Below are positions 25,230-36,806 of a stretch of DNA of 64,000 nucleotides, piece after piece. Origin of the DNA: Vicugna vicugna (taxonomy: Eukaryota); NCBI GenBank assembly GCA_013265495.1, contig MU058844.1, positions 3,787,895-3,851,894 on the forward strand. The letters run 5' to 3'. The position numbers and the translations under genes were made by a program. The first letter of the stretch is position 1. Each line of letters opens with the position of its first letter. Below the pieces are notes generated by a model that saw nothing but the letters and a program-made list of their open reading frames with translations, was not told the origin of the DNA and did not search any database.

Positions 25230-25490
25230 GAGATAATTCTTCTTTCTTTCTTTTCCTTCCTTTCTTCCTTCTTTTTCTTTCATTGATTGTTCTTTCACAC
25301 AACAAATTTTCATTGAATATTGACTGGGGAATCGTGAGCTAAGGGCAGGGAAAGTAGTGGGTAACAAAATAGGCACAGTCTTGTCTGTCACAGAGCCTAG
25401 AGTCCAGGGTCATAGAGACCCTTTGTAAACAAAGCATTGCAAAAAATTCATTAAATACAATTTTAAGTAAAATGAAGGAAAAATTTATGG
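25230..25490 (-). mobile_element. L2 3' end with pyrimidine tract
   Basis: 'aaaataggcacagtcttgtctgtcacagagcctagagtcc'; continues near 26570-26800. Confidence 0.55.
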
Positions 25491-25494
25491 TACT

Positions 25495-26325
25495 CTTTTT
25501 TTGTGTGTTTATGGTAAGAAGGTTTAAAATGAATTCTACTCTTTTAAGAGCTTTTTAAGTACACAATACAATATTGTTGACTATGGGCACAACGTTGTAC
25601 AGCAGATCTCTGGAACTTATTCATCCTGTGTAACAAATTTGACACACCTTAAACAGCAACTCCCTCATTTTGCTCTCTGTCCCTGACAACCAATATTCCA
25701 CTCTCTGTTTCTATGAGTTTGACTATTTTAGATACCTCGTATAAATAGAATCACGCACTTTTGTCCTGTCACTGCCTTATTTCACTTAGCATAATCTCCT
25801 CTGGGTAAAGCCGTGTTGTCACATATGATGGGATTTCCTCTTTCTTAATTCCATTGTATGTATATACCATGTTTTCCTTATTCATTCATGTGTCAACGGA
25901 CATTTAGTTTTTTTCCATATCTTAGCTCTTATAAATAATGCTACAAGGAATATGAGAGTGCAGATATCTCTTTGAGATCCTGATTTCAATTATTTGGACA
26001 TATACTCAGAAGTGGGATTACTGGATCATATGGTAGTCCTAATTTTAATTTTTGGAAGAACCGTTATACTGTTTTACATAGTGACTGCACTATTTTACAT
26101 TCCCACCAACAGTGTTCAAGCATTCTCTTTTCTCTGCATCCTTGCCAACACTTGTTATCTTTTGTTTTTTGAAAATAGCAGGTGTAAGGTGATATCTTAT
26201 CATGGTTTTGATTTGCATTTCCCTTATGATTGGTGATGTTGAGCATTATTTCATATATCTGTCAGCCATTTTTATGTTTTCTTTGGAAAAATGTCTCTTC
26301 AAGCCCTTTGCCCATTTTTCAATTG
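25495..26325 (-). mobile_element. L1 (L1MA/MB-like) 3' region
   Basis: Minus ORF 26064-26246 (DNKCWQGCREKRMLEHCWWECKIVQ) matches the L1 ORF2 Cys-rich C-terminus. Confidence 0.9.
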
Positions 26326-26377
26326 TACTCTCAAGTGTATACAACAAAAGGAACAGACCTCATCTAGAAGTGTATGT

Positions 26378-26563
26378 AGTATTACCAGATTGAGAAAATA
26401 AAAATATAGAATATTCAGTTAAATTTGAATTTCAGATAGACAACAAATCTTTCAGTATAAGTATGCTTTCTACAGTATCTGAGATATACTTACACTAAAA
26501 TCTAATTTGTTGCTTATCTGAAATTCAAATTTAACTAGTTTTCTAAATTTTATCTGGCAAGTC
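26378..26563. mobile_element. MER53 palindromic hAT MITE
   Basis: Inverted arms 'agttaaatttgaatttcagata' / 'tatctgaaattcaaatttaact', inner 'agtataagtat' / 'atacttacact', ends 'ttttatctggcaa'. Confidence 0.85.
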
Positions 26564-26849
26564 TATGTGGGTTTGGGAGGGAGTAGTTCAGGAAGGCTAC
26601 TTTTAGGAAGTGATGTCTCAACTTAGACCTAAAGGGCAATTGTGGTGTTTTCCAGGTTCAGAGGTGTAGGGAAGGGAATACAGGGCAAGGGCCAGTCAGA
26701 CAGACAGAAGAAACAGCATATGTACTAAAGTGGAAAATTTAGAAGGGGGGAAATGGCATTTGCTGATATTAGAAAAAAAGAAAAAGCCAGAAAGATCAGA
26801 GATCAGCAGGCTAGGCTAAGAATGTTGGTTGTTAAGTACACTGGGAAGG

Positions 26850-27310
26850 ATATTAGAAACTGGGCTCTAGTCCTGGGGCTACAAGGAGTCTCCTGGTGGC
26901 CTCTGGCAAGTGAGTTCACCTTTCTGGATCTCCATTTACTCATGGGCCAAGTCAAAATACTGACAAATGAGATAATGAAACACTTATCTTGAAAGGTCCA
27001 CCAGAAAGAAAACTTAAGGTCATTTAATCTAAAGTCCTCAAGGTACAGATAAAACCAGCACTGACCAAAAACAAAAGTGCAAAGGACTTTGAAGTCAGAC
27101 CGTTTTAGATGCAAAGCCTGGCTAGGTCACTTGCCTGCTCTGTGGCCTAGGGTGAGCAAGCCAACCTCTCTCTGAGCCTCCACATTTCTCATGTGCAGGA
27201 TGAGATTAACTACATCTTCCTTCCTAAATAGTTGTTGAGATTAATAAGGAAATAAATAGAATGCTCATCACAGAGTCTTGTGCATCGTAGTTACTCACAT
27301 AAACTTTTTT
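26850..27310 (+). mobile_element. Two MIR fragments
   Basis: 'ggcaagtgagttcacctttctggatctccattt' and 'aacctctctctgagcctccacatttctcatgtg'. Confidence 0.65.
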
Positions 27311-28237
27311 TGCCCAAATACGTTGGCTGTCTGATCATCATTTTGAAGAATTCTGGAAACACTGATGGGAGTCAGGAAGGTGAAGGAGAAAAGAAGCAAA
27401 TGGTTGCCATAGACACACGTCGTGTCATCACAGTTTTTGCCTCTGGCTGTTGCTGCTTTCAGAAACAGTAGATCTGTCAGCTCTGAATGCTCAGGGAAGA
27501 TGTGGATTCAAACTACAGATGCCCTGAGACTCTCAGGCTATGAAGTGTCAAAAGTTGAAAGGCTCAGTGAGAGAAAGAAAGAAATACTATAAGCCTTAAA
27601 GTTTTCCTCATTCTCCAGGTAACATTTCAAGTGGGGCTTCTAGAGATAATTTGACTCAAATACACTCAAGTAATTAATTAGGCAAACATTAATGAATATC
27701 TTTATACAGCTAGTCAGCAGCTTACAATCCACCTGGAGGAAAACAAGCAAATCAATTGAATAGATACATGCTTATTGATGTCCCAGGGGGGTGGGCTTTA
27801 TTAGTAGGAGTTTTATACTCAGGGAGAAGATGGCTCCGGAGAGACCTTGAAGCATCCCTCAGAACACCGAGAGGAGGCTGTCCCTGATCTCCAAACATGG
27901 CTCTAGCTCCATGTCCTTCCTTCTGCCCAAGGCATACTGCTAGTTAGGGCTGTAGAGCTGGGTTGTAACCTAATTTTCTCAGTTCTCTCAGACACACTGA
28001 GAACAAATGGGAAGCACTTGCTGCGGTAGGTTAGTATTTGATGAATGTTGGTTGAATTAAATTGTTTACCTAATGGCTCAGTGCCAAGTAGATGGCAAAA
28101 TATTTAGTGGAATCTTTCATACGATGAAAAAGCAATAGAAGTACTCGCTCACTGAGCTGTTAGTTTTTTCAGCAAAGATGGATGTATGTGAATCCATCCA
28201 TACCCGAGTCTAGTCCATGCTTTTGCAAAGTAACTGG

Positions 28238-28247
28238 CCATATTAGG
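28238..28247. promoter_or_regulatory. Consensus CArG box (SRF site) CCATATTAGG
   Basis: Exact CC(A/T)6GG match, identical to the c-fos SRE core; function not shown. Confidence 0.4.
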
Positions 28248-29479
28248 AAAGAAGCTGGTGGCGAACAGACACGCTAATCCTCTAACAAAGGTGATGCCTG
28301 GGACTCTAACTCCAGAATGTAGGCTGAAAAATAGAACCCAGAATGAGCAGATGACAAGCATTTACAATTTGGGGTCCTATGGAATGTTTAGTTTAAATTG
28401 ACCATGGTTTAATGCCTCTAGACACTTTGGTTTTTTGTGTTCTTCTTTTGGAAGCAAGAAGTAAACTTAAGAAAACCATCTGGCATAAAGGATTAAGTTT
28501 AAGAAGGTCAACCTCCCATACCTTCTACAGTTATGGTTTTGGGCAAAGGAAACTGATGTTCCAGAGGATGTCCCTGAGGCACCAATCTTCAGAACCAAAG
28601 AAAGGTTCAATTGTGTTCAGAAAGGCTGCTTTTCCTCACAGGAAAGGGAGTAGCAGGTTTTAGAATTATCGCCAACTACAAGGCTGAGAGAAAAATATCA
28701 GAGACTCTGAGTTAGAATATTCAAGGGACCTCCAGCCCTCCAGCGGTCACAGATTTGGGGAGCAAGGTCCTCGAGGACAATTGAGGAAACTCTGCCTTTT
28801 TGGAGGTCTGGTCTGGGGAAAGAAAGAGCAGCTGGTGATAAAAGTATATAAAATTCAAAAGCTCAAATAATGTGAAGGTGTCACTCACACACTTTTTTCC
28901 TGTTTAATCACTCTGTGTTATTACTCTTTGCAGGGCTCTCTATTTTATTTTATTATTTTTTAACTTTTTTTTTCTCTCTTTATTTTAAATCTATGTTGGT
29001 AATTTCTGTGTAAATGTGTGAGACCTACAGAGATGCTTATCAGCAATCCTATTCTCTGGCCAGTATAAAAATGTGGAAAGTACTCAGATCTGCTTTCTCT
29101 GGATTATAACAAGCTTTCCTAACCACAAAAGCCATTTACTTAGTAAAATGTCTATGGTCCACAATTAGAATCATTATCAGTATCACCACAGAGATGATTT
29201 TTTTTTTAATACAACAGATGTTACATTTTAAAAAGCCAACTTCGTTTTTGAAATTGAATTTACTGGAAAATGGATTCATAGTGGATACAACTGTCAATAG
29301 TGCAAACCCGGGAAATTAAGAAATGTGGAAGTTAGAGTTGGAATAGAAATACATATAATATTCTATTCTAACTATTAAGGGAAAGTATCTTTATTCTTTA
29401 TTTCCTCAGTGTACTAAAATTTTTAATTGTTTTGGAAAAGTTAAAGTTTAGACCATAGATATTTTAAGCACTGTTCATA

Positions 29480-29600
29480 TATGCTTGTGACCCCCAAATA
29501 GATGAGGTTTGAAGGCAGTGACTTTTTCTAATTCACTTGACATCACTAGTGTCTAACACAGTACCTGATATAGAATAATCAGCATAGAATAACTCTTAAG
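29480..29600 (+). mobile_element. L2 3' end
   Basis: 'tagtgtctaacacagtacctgatatagaata'. Confidence 0.55.
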
Positions 29601-29719
29601 TAAATGGCTTTCAATAGCTGGAGTTGGTACTACAGACTTGATGGTTTTCTTTTTGCAGTATGGTCTTTAACCCCTGGAGATGGTCCCTGGCAAGGACACA
29701 GATCAATGGGAACTGATAT

Positions 29720-29925
29720 TCTAACAGTGGACATATAAACTGGTTCAACTCTTGTGGAGAGCTATTTACTTCACAGTGCGTATCATATAATAATATAATA
29801 TGACCTAGCAAATCCTTTCCTGGGTACGTTGCAAGGATACTCTTTTGCATATTGCATAAGGATATAGGGACAAAGATTTGCACTGCAGCGTTGTTTTTAA
29901 TAGTAGGAAAACTGGGAAGCCATAC
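29720..29925 (+). mobile_element. Old L1 ORF2 3' fragment
   Basis: 'tatgacctagcaaatcctttcctggg', 'tttgcactgcagcgttgtttttaatag'. Confidence 0.6.
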
Positions 29926-31027
29926 TTTGTTTATTGTTAAGTTAAAACATTTATACTTTTATAATGATGTTTTGCTCCAACAGGGGACACTAATTAGCAC
30001 AGCTTCTTGTGTTCTTTCCACAGGAAGAGAAGCAAATTATTGGGGAGCCTGACATAAGGAAATGAACTTGCATCGTTTGGCTCCTTCCACTCCTTTCTTG
30101 GGAAAGTGCTTCCCCGCAAGTACTTCCCACATTGTGCTCTGCTTTGTTCTACAAGTTTTATAGGCCTGCCCTGTCTGTGTGGGGAGGATGGCCCTGGGTG
30201 ACGGCTGCCTATGTCTTAGGCTCTGGGGTTCAGAATTAGGAAGCCCATTCGCCCACAGATATACATCACATTCAGTTCGGTTTTACCAGTAAAAAGATGC
30301 TATTTTGATTCCCATCTGTCATCTTTCTTTATCTCATTTTTTGAATGGGGTAGTACAACATACACTATTTATTGAGTCCCTTGAATTTCAACATTAAGAA
30401 ACAAGGAAGAAATATAATTTAGGAGCAAATGACATATGAATAGAGAACCTGTTAAATGAGCAGGGTGGATGGATCTCTGCTTTGGGCATCCTATGCTAGG
30501 CTGTGGCCTTGGGAGATTCTTAGCTCGGTGACTTTCTTCAGCCCACAGGGGCTTTGTATGCACATGTATGATTGCTTTCAGAAAAGCAAGACTAGACACG
30601 AATGTCATCTAGCCCTGTCCTCTGTTTACCAAAAGCAACTGCTCTGCAGTTTGTAAGTTTCAGCAAAGGCACAGGCCAAAGTGCCATCAGAATTAAGTGG
30701 TGGGGACGTGAAAATGCAGATCGTCAGTTCAGCTTGAACCTATACCTGGATCAGGTATCAGAGGTCAGGATGGGGCAGGAGTAAATCTGTGCCATTCTTG
30801 AACAGAACAGCATTTGCAAACTTCAAGCTGCCAGGCAGAACTGAATTCCACTTGAGTACAGAACATTAGCAGAGGTTCTAGCTTTAAACTTTCAGAACTT
30901 GGCCTAGCTAGGAAGTCCCCAATTGGTGTTTCAAATTCCATTTTGCTTCCAAGACTATGGAGAACTTCAGAGGAACTAGCCTTGGATATCTTGGATTTAT
31001 GTGGCTTGCTCACAGGCAAAGGGGTCA

Positions 31028-31235
31028 CCCAGTTGGTGTCCTAACGCTAGTTTGTGTTAACTTATGAGAGCTGACTATTAAATTTTCATAATTTTGTGAG
31101 GTGGCTGATGTCACATGGGTAGCTTGAAACTGGTCAAGATGGGAGCCTTTGTGCTTTTGAAATCAGTAAACCCTAAGCCTCAGGGTTCTTTTCCATTCCT
31201 ACTCCCAGCCAATTGTTAAACTTTTTCCATTATGT
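31028..31235 (+). mobile_element. MER63-type hAT-Blackjack element
   Basis: 'gagagctgactattaaattttcataattttgtgag...gatgtcacatgggtagcttgaaactgg...ccagccaattgttaaac'. Confidence 0.7.
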
Positions 31236-31699
31236 GCTTTCTTATGCACTTCAGACTTGAAAATTGCATGAGTTTAGACCTGAATTGCGATCCAATCTGT
31301 AGTAGATTTTATTATTTTCAAACAACAACAACAACAACAAAGAAGGACCAGGGCACCAAGTATAAAGAGACAAACCATTTTGGGGAGATTGAAGTAGAGA
31401 ACTCAATGAAATTATTGCAGAACCAATAATTAAAAAGACAACAAAAGAATCCCATACCTGGAATAACCTGTCTCTCATAGTCTGGTCTGTGTAGGAATTC
31501 AAAGATGAACTGAAGAGGTTTGAAACACACAGCATAGTAAAGAATAAAAACACAATAATACATACAGACAGGCTGATTAAACTAGAAGAGGAAGAATTTC
31601 TTGAGGAAAACAATGGAGACCTTAGAGAATAGGTAAGTCTTTTATAAAAGGGTAATTAAAAATTTAAGGATGGAGCATATAAAAATATTAAAAGACAAA

Positions 31700-32180
31700 T
31701 GGAGATGCATCTCAAACTATTTTTCTCGACTTCATAAGGAAAGAAAAAAAATTGTATGCTGAGGTTACTAAAATCTATGGTAAGAATGAATCTTCTATTC
31801 ATAAAATTGTGAGGAAGGACAAAGAAATTTGTGCCAGTGTTGGTGCTGCACCTCAAACTGCGCAAGTTATGGCCACAGTGCATGGTAAGTGCTTAGTTAG
31901 GATGGAGAATGCATTATATATGTACAAGAAGATATTTTGAGAGACAGAGACCATATCCACATAACTTTTATTATAGTATATTGTTACGATTATCCTAACT
32001 AATTTACTATTAGTTACTGCTAATCTCTTACTGTGCCTAATTTATAAATTAAACTTTATCATAGGCATGTATGCATAGGAAAAAAAAAGCACAGTATACA
32101 TAAAGTTTGGTACTATGCCCAGTTTCAGACATCTACTGGGGGTCTTAGAACATATCCCTTTCAGATATGGGGCGACTACT
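31700..32180 (+). mobile_element. MER44/Tigger7-derived TcMar-Tigger element
   Basis: ORF 31752-31940 (YAEVTKIYGKNESSIHKIV) is a Tigger HTH relic; end 'ctactgggggtcttagaacatatccc...ggggcgactact'. Confidence 0.85.
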
Positions 32181-32184
32181 AAAA

Positions 32185-32400
32185 AACTGTATTGAATACA
32201 GGAAATTTGCTAAGAGGGTAGATTTCAGGTACTTTCATTCATACAAAAAAAGTAACTATATGATAAGATATGTAATTAGCTTGACTGTAGTAATCATTTC
32301 ATTTCACTATGCATGTGTATATCAAATCATCATATTGTACACCTTATGTATGTATAATTTTTATTTTATAAATAATAAACAAACAAACAAACAAATCAAA
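32185..32400 (+). mobile_element. L1 3' UTR end with (AAAC)n tail
   Basis: 'aaatttgctaagagggtagattt...taattagcttgactgtagtaatcatttc'. Confidence 0.8.
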
Positions 32401-35216
32401 TAACTTGCTGAGGGCAGATTCCCTAGATGGATAAATTTGAAGAGTTGGGGAAAATCTTCCTTAGGAGGTAAATATCACAAGCTTGAGCAATTCTATTGCA
32501 AGTGGCAATGGAAAAAAGCCACGAGGGCACTGGAATGAGCGTATCTTTCACAGGCAGAGTCCTACCTGAACGCAGCACTAAAACACCAAAAACACAGGGC
32601 ACATGCTGGGATATCTTTCCCATTTGAATTTAACTTCACAATTCGTTGACACTGAACAACTAGAATAGACTTACTGGTATCCTGGTGAGATTGAAACCAA
32701 GTTTTTCTCTGTACTTTCCTTACCTGGGACACCACTGAGATTTTTGCTGTGACCTTTGACATCACTAGCTAAGAAGTTTTGGGAACTTAATTTTGTCTGG
32801 GACAACTACTTTAGGAGTTGCTTTTTAAATTTTCTGCATCTTATAGGTGTGGTACTGGTGCTGAGGTAATATTTTGTGTCCTATTAATCCTTTGGAACAT
32901 TTAATAAGTAAGGTGCATTGTTGAAATTATCTAAGTTTTGAGATCTTGAAAGCATTAGCTCTTGTGAGTTCAGCCCAAGAAGACACTTCTAAAACCCCTC
33001 TAGCTGAGACTGAGCAGAATGAGAAATTGGAGAGGATAAATTTTTGACTATATTTTCTCATTTATTTCAACTTCAAATCACAGTGAATAAACAATTTGAT
33101 TTATTACTTTGATGTCATTGACCTTGAACATTATAGAAAACTCAGCCCCTTGAATTGGAACTTCTCATGAACCATATTTGACAATTATGCTGAACAAAAT
33201 TTGCAATGAGAAATGGCATGAAGGGTAAATTTTAGCCTTGGAAGGAAGCGGTCTTAGAGTTAAGGTAACTAATTTTCTACTCTGACATAGGCAGAGCCTT
33301 CTGAGAGGACATTTTACACTTGATTTTGAGGCTGTTTTCTCCACTGGCAGTGATTCCACGGAGAATGCATAGGACTAATGGTTGGTATTAGGAGAGAGGC
33401 TTTGAAATGGTAGGAACAGGACCACCCTAATATGATGAAGGGTCTTCTTCCCTGTTTGATTATATTTAATGGTTAGACCTAATAGGTTAAGAGAAAAACT
33501 GGAAATTGTTAGGGAGAACATTATTTTTCCCCACTACCGTTGCTTCATTTCCACCCATCCTCACTCACTGTCCCCCCATGAGGAGTGAAATATCTAACTG
33601 GTGATTTGGGTATAGGACTGCATGTGCACAGTTTGGGAGGTGGCATTGCTCCCAGTTAGTCTCAGTCATGCCCTCGTCTTAGTGGTGCAGGTCTTCTCCT
33701 GTGGGTGAAGTGTCTGTTGGTCTAGCACTGACTGTAGGTGGCTGCCTGTGGATGAGTCAGTCAGTCTGATTCTGAGGCTCAATGTTATGAAACTGAACTC
33801 TCTGCAGATATAAGCTATACTTCCTGGCATCAGATTTGTATATTGTAATGGTGACATTTTGGTTCTTCATCTGACAATTCTATTCTTATTTCAGAAGGGA
33901 AATAATCCACACTCCTGATATTTTCTTCCATGTGGAATGATGTACACTTTTGTCATATTCCTGACCTTTCTATATCCCCACTTATCACTTGGAGAAGTGA
34001 AAAAACTTACATTATTAGTTGTTTGGGGGGAAAAAACTGGGCCTGCCTTCATCTTTTCTTCCATTTTGGACTAAGTCTGCCAGTTGTTCTTGGCCATATC
34101 ATGGACCCAGTGGTAAAGGCCCTGCACCTACAGGAAAAGCCTGCAGCTGTCCACCCTCAACTTATACTATGTGCTTCTGTATTATCTGAGAATATTCAAC
34201 TCAGCTGTAGAGAACAAGAAAAACAAATGGGATGCCGAGACTCATAGGATGTGTTGAAGTATACACAAGTTAGTAATCTATAAGATAGGGTAGACATGGA
34301 TAAAGTAAATAGAGCATAGAAGTGTTAGAAACAGATAGAAAGGAAGAACACCAAGAGGATACAAATAATCACGATTCATTTAACATACACAAGGCGGTGA
34401 AGCACCTAATATTGATGATACAGATGAGTATGACCTTAAACATTTCAGAAAACTCAATCTTTAGAGTAGCACTCCCTACTCATGAAGATTTAAATTAACC
34501 ACCCATTGGTAATACCCATTCTGGCACCACAAGTTCTCTGCCCAGCAAATGCAGATAAAATTCATGCTTGCTCATTAGTGTAACTGCCCCTGGGTCTCTT
34601 CAATGAAGCAAGACTTGTGTTAGCTCAGCCATCTTCTGTCTGTAGACCCCTTGCCTCAAAACTCAACTCTGGTCCTCACAATCACATCATCAGCAGAGAA
34701 GGCTTATGTAATAGAGAGAGAGAAGATTCAGGTTCTGTGGTTCCTCCATCCTGTTGTATTCTGTCTTAGCTGTATTAACCTACCTCTCTTTGCTCTTGCT
34801 TCTCACTGTGTGCTTTATATTGATTTAATAAACCATGTGATTTGAGTGTCTTAATTTGGTCTGAGAACCTCCTGCTTCCACAGCCTCTGGGATAAATTTC
34901 CTGGTGCTCTGTGTAAAGGCCACGATTGTATTAAGGAGCTCCCACATGAAAAAACTGATTCTCAATTAGTTCACCACTGTTAAGGAAGATGGGTGTTATT
35001 TACTAGATTTTTAATACCTCAATATCCACTAGTAAATGGATGGATAAAATATGATTTATATCTATAATGGGATCTTTGCAGTTATTAAAATAACTAAAAT
35101 GTATTTATATATAATAATAAGGATAAATCTGAAAAATGCAACTTTGAATGTAAAAAATTAGTTACAAAGGGATACACACAATGAGACCAATTTATATAAA
35201 TGTTAAAAACACACGA

Positions 35217-35287
35217 TGTGCTGTACACCAGAAATCGACACATTGTAACTGACTGTACTTCAATTTGAAAAAAAGTGAAGCAAAACC
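35217..35287 (+). mobile_element. Ultra-short camelid-type L1 3' tail
   Basis: 'tgctgtacaccagaaatcgacacattgtaactgactgtacttcaa' plus A-rich tail; TSD aaaaacacacga (35205-35216) / aaaaacacatga (35288-35299). Confidence 0.85.
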
Positions 35288-35319
35288 AAAAACACATGAG
35301 TGACTAATTGCTACTCAGG

Positions 35320-35790
35320 ATCCAAAAAGAAGGATCCCTACTTTCTTCTAGTAGAAGAACAATGACTCAGCCAAGATTCAGCAGAGTATATGAGTACGTG
35401 GGTATGTTGGTAGACATTTTCTAGCCTCCCTTGAAGCTAGGTAAAGTCATGAGCCAAATTCTGCCCAATGTGATATAAGCAGAATTATGGGTGTAATTTC
35501 ATGGTTACATCCTTAAATGTATAAAGGTGCTGCATACCCACCACTACCTCTCCTTTCCCCTTCTGATGGCTGGTATACAGAAATACCAGCTTCAAATATT
35601 ATGACCAACCAAAGTATTAGGACACCCAAGGTGATGATGCAACACCATGAGTAGAAACCTAGGTCATCTCAGATGATCTTGTGGGTAAAGTCATCTGGCC
35701 TGGATTGCTAGTTTATCACTGGACTCGACTTGGCCCATGGTATATTTGAGTCACTGTGTTACAGTAGCTTTATATGTCCCTAATTATTGT
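35320..35790 (+). mobile_element. Old MLT1 (MLT1I/J-like) LTR
   Basis: 'cattttctagcctcccttgaagctagg...aattctgcccaatgtgatataagcagaa'. Confidence 0.6.
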
Positions 35791-36149
35791 GATGATACAT
35801 TTATTTCTAAATATTTATGCAATAAAACATAAAATACAAGCAAGATGATACACATCAACTTTAGGGTAATGGCTAACTCTGGGGAAGAAGAGACAAGAAT
35901 GGATGGAGTGATACTAAGGAAGTGATCTATAATTAGAGTAAAATGAATCCATAACATCATAGGGATCCAAACTCATTATTTCTGCTTTGCTCATTCACAG
36001 CGTATCTCTTCCTTCCTTAAGGTCTAAATGTTTGCTGGAATCCAGCTATTACATATTTATTCCAAGTAGAAAGCAGTAGAAAGGGACTTGAGAAAAAAGA
36101 GGGTTGTACCAAATTAAGCTCACTTAATGTAAGTCTTACCCCCAAAACT

Positions 36150-36700
36150 TCTAATTACCTCTTCCTATAGTCATGCACCATGCTGTAGCCAAAGTAATCC
36201 TGTATGTTATGCATCAATAATTTCCCAGCCCTTGAGATTCAGTTCAAACCTTAAATCTGCATGTGAATTCCTTCATAATCTGGCTGTTACTCTCACCAAC
36301 TCTATCTCCTATCCCTTTCTGCTTGCGTGTGATTCTCCAGACAAATCAAATGCTTTTAGTTTCTAAAAATTGTTCTGCTCTCTCCTCTTCCTCTGCCTTG
36401 GCAAATATACCTCCCTCTGCTTGGAACATTCTTCTTTCACTTAGTTAAGCCTTATTTTTCCTTTGAGACTACCAACTACATGTTCCTTAGACTTTGTAAA
36501 ATATTCCTCACCTTAGGTCTAGACCAGCTATACTATGAATAATCTTTGAAGACCCTCTATGTATATATCTATAATACATAACACTTATCACATGTATTAA
36601 AATTGTTTAGTTAATTCTCTTTCTCTCCTACTTTACTTAACTCCTTCAAGGTAGAGACGTTCTTATATCTTTAGTGCTTAGTATGTATGAGTTGCTTAAT
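36150..36700 (+). mobile_element. L2 relic
   Basis: 'ccctctgcttggaacattctt', 'actccttcaaggtagagac', ends 'tgcttaataaat'. Confidence 0.65.
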
Positions 36701-36703
36701 AAA

Positions 36704-36806
36704 TAGGGCAACCATATAATTTGCCTCTCAAACTAGAATGCTATTAACCATCCCATTGGAACAACAGATGTAAGGTGGGCAAACTGGAACATATGATCTT
36801 CCCATA
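36704..36806. mobile_element. MER94/MER81-type hAT-Blackjack MITE
   Basis: Termini 'tagggcaaccatataattt' and 'gggcaaactggaacatatgatcttccca'; a second partial copy lies near 43005-43075. Confidence 0.6.

Larger units (their letters stand above)
35020..35920 (+). mobile_element. Old L1ME 3' region interrupted by younger elements
   Basis: 'atatccactagtaaatggatggataaaatatgatttatat' and continuation near 35800-35920. Confidence 0.55.

Noticed and set aside
31752..31940. Possible domesticated TIGD-like transposase
   Set aside because: Only a short HTH relic within a non-autonomous MER44-type element; no DDE domain.
32846..32864. 19-nt plus-strand microexon-like segment
   Set aside because: Not frame-preserving and has only a moderate donor (gtaata).
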